Assembly (NCBI GenBank): GCA_905178155.1
Contig: CAJINV010000019.1
Coordinates: forward strand, 1-10,931
From: Amoebophrya sp. A120
Lineage: Eukaryota > Protista > Dinoflagellata
Length of the DNA stretch: 10,931 bases
Reading direction: 5' to 3'
A program made the position numbers and the translations under genes. A model generated the notes under the pieces. That model was given only the letters and a program-made list of their open reading frames with translations. It ran no database searches and had not been told where the DNA came from. Shown piece after piece: positions 8,619-10,931 of this stretch (positions within the stretch are counted from its first letter, which is position 1; the number at the start of each line of letters is the position of its first letter).

Positions 8619-9261
8619 CGTTTTCTGAGGTGGGCAGGGGGGAATAGTTCTGTAGGTCGAAATACGTGAAGGTGCGCAATGCAATAGAATTCGGCGTGGT
8701 TTAAGTCAGTGTAGTGGGCGGTTGGTGGGTTTTCTAGTTCGGGGCTGGTCTAACAAAGATAAGGTGGCGGCCCTTATTCCTGACTGAAAGTTAGTGACTA
8801 AGAGATGTGGCAGTCCCTTCTCATCCCGAATCTACAGATGCCCCCGTGTCAGGGCCCATCGAGAACCAGCGACATACCGAGGCAACCAAACCGAACATAA
8901 GGTATATCGGCAGCTCAACCGATCTGTGTGGAAGCGACTATAGAGGTCCCTGTGATGCAGGACAACTGACCGATTGGCGCCGGTACTCCGAAAACAGACA
9001 TTTCCCTGGAAATCAGGGGCAATTTTTAAATTTTAATTGCACTTCGCAACAACAACACCGACCAATGGAGGCACTTTCCGCAAATTCAGCAGCATTCCAT
9101 CCTTACAATGGACATTCGCTTTTCCACATTTTCAGGCACAATCAGTGCCGTTACCGAGCGGCTGGTCGCAAAACCGATTTGTGGATCTTAGTGAACATAG
9201 GGGGAAAACCCGATCCGTGGCCGATTTTCACTCCATGTATGCCTTTGGTATGGCCGGAGGA
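8619..9261 (-). promoter_or_regulatory. LINE 5' UTR (~640 nt), presumed internal promoter
   Basis: Lies between the TSD and the ORF1 ATG. Promoter function is inferred from general LINE biology, not from a motif seen here. Confidence 0.55.
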
Positions 9262-9275
9262 CTTTGAAAAAAGAT
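9262..9275 (+). repeat. Target-site duplication, right copy (5' side of the LINE)
   Basis: CTTTGAAAAAAGAT, identical to 1431-1444; AT-rich host DNA resumes right after it. Confidence 0.85.
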
Positions 9276-9974
9276 GAGAATTCTTCATTGAATGGAATTT
9301 TCACATAGTTTTTTTTTTAAATGTCTGCGCCGAATCCAATCGAATTTCATTCCGATTATTTTTTATTTCTCCCAGATCTAGAATACCTGTGATGGGGCGG
9401 ATTTCCTTCGGAACAAATCACAAAATTATCCAACATCCATACAGAAAAGATCCAAATTCTTCCGAATCGGTAGTGTGGGTCCACGTTTGTTTTGTCGATA
9501 ATAATGAGCTAAGACACACACGCGCCCACTCGATATTTTCTTGCGCGATGATTTTTGTTGACAAAAAAGGATGAAGGGTTGTGTCCTCTGCGTTTCATTC
9601 TTTGTGATGCTATATCCGTTGCGATATCATATCTATGTGAAAGGTACAATCGAAAGCGTCAGAAATTAACGCACTTCGGCAAAAAAAGAGGCACTATTGT
9701 GGTCGTTTGCTCATTGTGGTCGTGCAATTGATGCCAGGAGTCTGGAGCTCAGAGTCGTGTCATTGAGAAAGTTTCAAATATGATACAGCTATGATCATGT
9801 GTACTTAATATCATGCCCGCAGAAAAAAATGATATATGGGCGTGGGAAATAGAGAAGTACTTATTCCATCGTGAGCTCAGGAGGCAAGAAAAAAGGTGGT
9901 TCATCTCGGATGAGTGAGCTTTCCATCGAAAATGAAGAATTTGTAGAACTAGAAGCCAGACCTAATTCTCGGTT

Positions 9975-10276
9975 CTACAACTTCTTCTTTTCCTTCCCCG
10001 CGGCCGCATCAACACCGCTGCTCAGCGCCTTGCCCCGCTGGCTGAGCATGTGGCCGTAGAGAAAAGACAACCCCGGTGCGTACATTGCGTAGACCAAAAG
10101 CATCGGAATCACGGGCAGTCCGATTATTGTCCCGATCGAGTCGAAGCTAGAGAGCGATTTGAACATTTGGAGGATCACGTTGCTGGGTGCGGGGTCGGTG
10201 ACTAAGTCGTTCCAGTAAGTGAAGAGCGTGCCCAACTCGCCGGTGACCCCGAGGGGGTAGAGAATGATGAAGAAGG
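9975..10276 (-). CDS. HACD: Last exon of a very-long-chain 3-hydroxyacyl-CoA dehydratase (HACD/PHS1/PAS2, PTPLA family)
   Basis: Translates as FFIILYPLGVTGEL...YAPGLSFLYGHMLSQRGKAL...KEKKKL*, matching the family motifs LYPxGxxGE and LYxHMxxQRxKxL, with a C-terminal KKxx ER-retrieval signal. The 5' boundary can slide within the direct repeat at 10271-10276. Confidence 0.9.
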
Positions 10277-10542
10277 TATCAAATTTAAAAATGTCCGGGT
10301 CTGGAAGGATGCAACTTGTATGCTAAATCTGAAGCATGCAAAAATCTGTGTTGCATGATTACCAAAAGTCGCCCAGTTTTGACCAAGTCGGGAGGGAGTT
10401 TCTCATGCAGGATAGGCATGAGAGAGATCACACAGAATCTGTCATGCTAGGTCCTGCATTCCAGGCTTCATGGGTCATGGAAAAGCTGCATGGCAAATCG
10501 CGCATTCTCTCATACCCAGACACTTTTGCATTTGATAGAAGG
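10277..10542. mobile_element. 266-bp non-canonical intron / MITE-like introner inside HACD
   Basis: TIRs at 10277-10312 and 10502-10537 (28/36 ungapped identity, terminal 8 bp perfect). Direct repeat GAAGG at 10272-10276 and 10538-10542 (AGAAGG with one overlapping base). Removing it restores the reading frame. Confidence 0.8.
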
Positions 10543-10618
10543 AATACCGGCACCATTTGAGAAAGTAGGTGTTCCGCAGTTTTAGCTGGTTCGTCACGAA
10601 GAACGGGTAGCGGATCGA
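10543..10618 (-). CDS. HACD: Penultimate exon of the HACD/PHS1 gene (earlier exons are probably outside the window)
   Basis: Translates as SIRYPFFVTNQLKLRNTYFLKWCRY(S), matching the family pattern (E)xIRYxFY...LxWxRY. Preceded by CAG on the minus strand (10621-10619). Joins the last exon in frame as WCRYSFFIILYP. Confidence 0.85.
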
Positions 10619-10674
10619 CTGCGATGGTTTATTTTCAGACAGTGGGGTGGATAAAGGCTCTCGAAATAGAAAAT

Positions 10675-10711
10675 CTCAGAGAGTCTCTATTTGAAATAGA
10701 GACTCTCTGAG
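10675..10711. repeat. Perfect inverted repeat, 18-bp arms with 1-nt spacer
   Basis: CTCAGAGAGTCTCTATTT-G-AAATAGAGACTCTCTGAG. Confidence 0.9.
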
Positions 10712-10745
10712 GAAAATAGAAATTCTCGATAAAAAAGAGTATCGC

Positions 10746-10800
10746 TTTTTTCTTCTTCTTTCTTTCTTTTTCTTTCTTTTTTCTTCTTTTTCTGTTTCTT
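10746..10800. repeat. T/C-rich low-complexity tract
   Basis: Nearly pure pyrimidine run made of TTC/TTTC units. Confidence 0.8.
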
Positions 10801-10860
10801 ACTGTTTTCCCACATGTTTTTTACTATATTTCAGCAGCTCCTCCACCAGTGGCGAAGCCG

Positions 10861-10931
10861 AAATAGAGACTCTCCATCCCAAATAGAGATTCTCCATCTG
10901 GGATAGAGAATCTCTATCTGGGATAGAGATT
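10861..10931. repeat. 20-bp minisatellite (at least 3.5 copies, runs off the window end)
   Basis: AAATAGAGACTCTCCATCCC / AAATAGAGATTCTCCATCTG / GGATAGAGAATCTCTATCTG / GGATAGAGATT; the units are quasi-palindromic. Confidence 0.85.

Larger units (their letters stand above)
1445..9261 (-). mobile_element. Full-length APE-type non-LTR retrotransposon (LINE) with RNase H and an OTU-containing ORF1; I/Ingi-group-like domain layout, clade not determined
   Basis: Two long intact minus-strand ORFs with LINE motifs. GC-rich body set in AT-rich DNA. Exact 14-bp direct repeat CTTTGAAAAAAGAT at 1431-1444 and 9262-9275, coinciding with the composition shifts. Confidence 0.9.

Noticed and set aside
10828-10864. 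Short GC-rich patch as a possible upstream HACD micro-exon
   Set aside because: No frame gives the expected W-S/A-x-x-E motif preceding IRY.

Overview
Eukaryotic (probably protist) genomic DNA with AT-rich flanks. Most of the window is an apparently full-length ~7.8-kb non-LTR retrotransposon on the minus strand (1445-9261), bounded by an exact 14-bp target-site duplication (CTTTGAAAAAAGAT). ORF2 (1465 aa) carries APE endonuclease, reverse transcriptase, RNase H and a CCHC knuckle. ORF1 (~608 aa) shows no recognisable gag knuckle or RRM but ends in an OTU-family cysteine protease/deubiquitinase domain. ORF1 and ORF2 are in the same frame, separated by one TGA-C stop and 16 open codons containing a GC stem-loop, so readthrough could give an OTU-APE-RT-RNaseH polyprotein. 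On the right are the last two exons of a HACD/PHS1 (PTPLA-family) gene on the minus strand. They are split by a 266-bp non-GT-AG insertion with 36-bp terminal inverted repeats and a 5-6-bp direct repeat, like an introner or MITE (reminiscent of Amoebophrya non-canonical introns; the host identity is inference only). On the left is a possible second ~610-bp insertion flanked by a 17-bp direct repeat.
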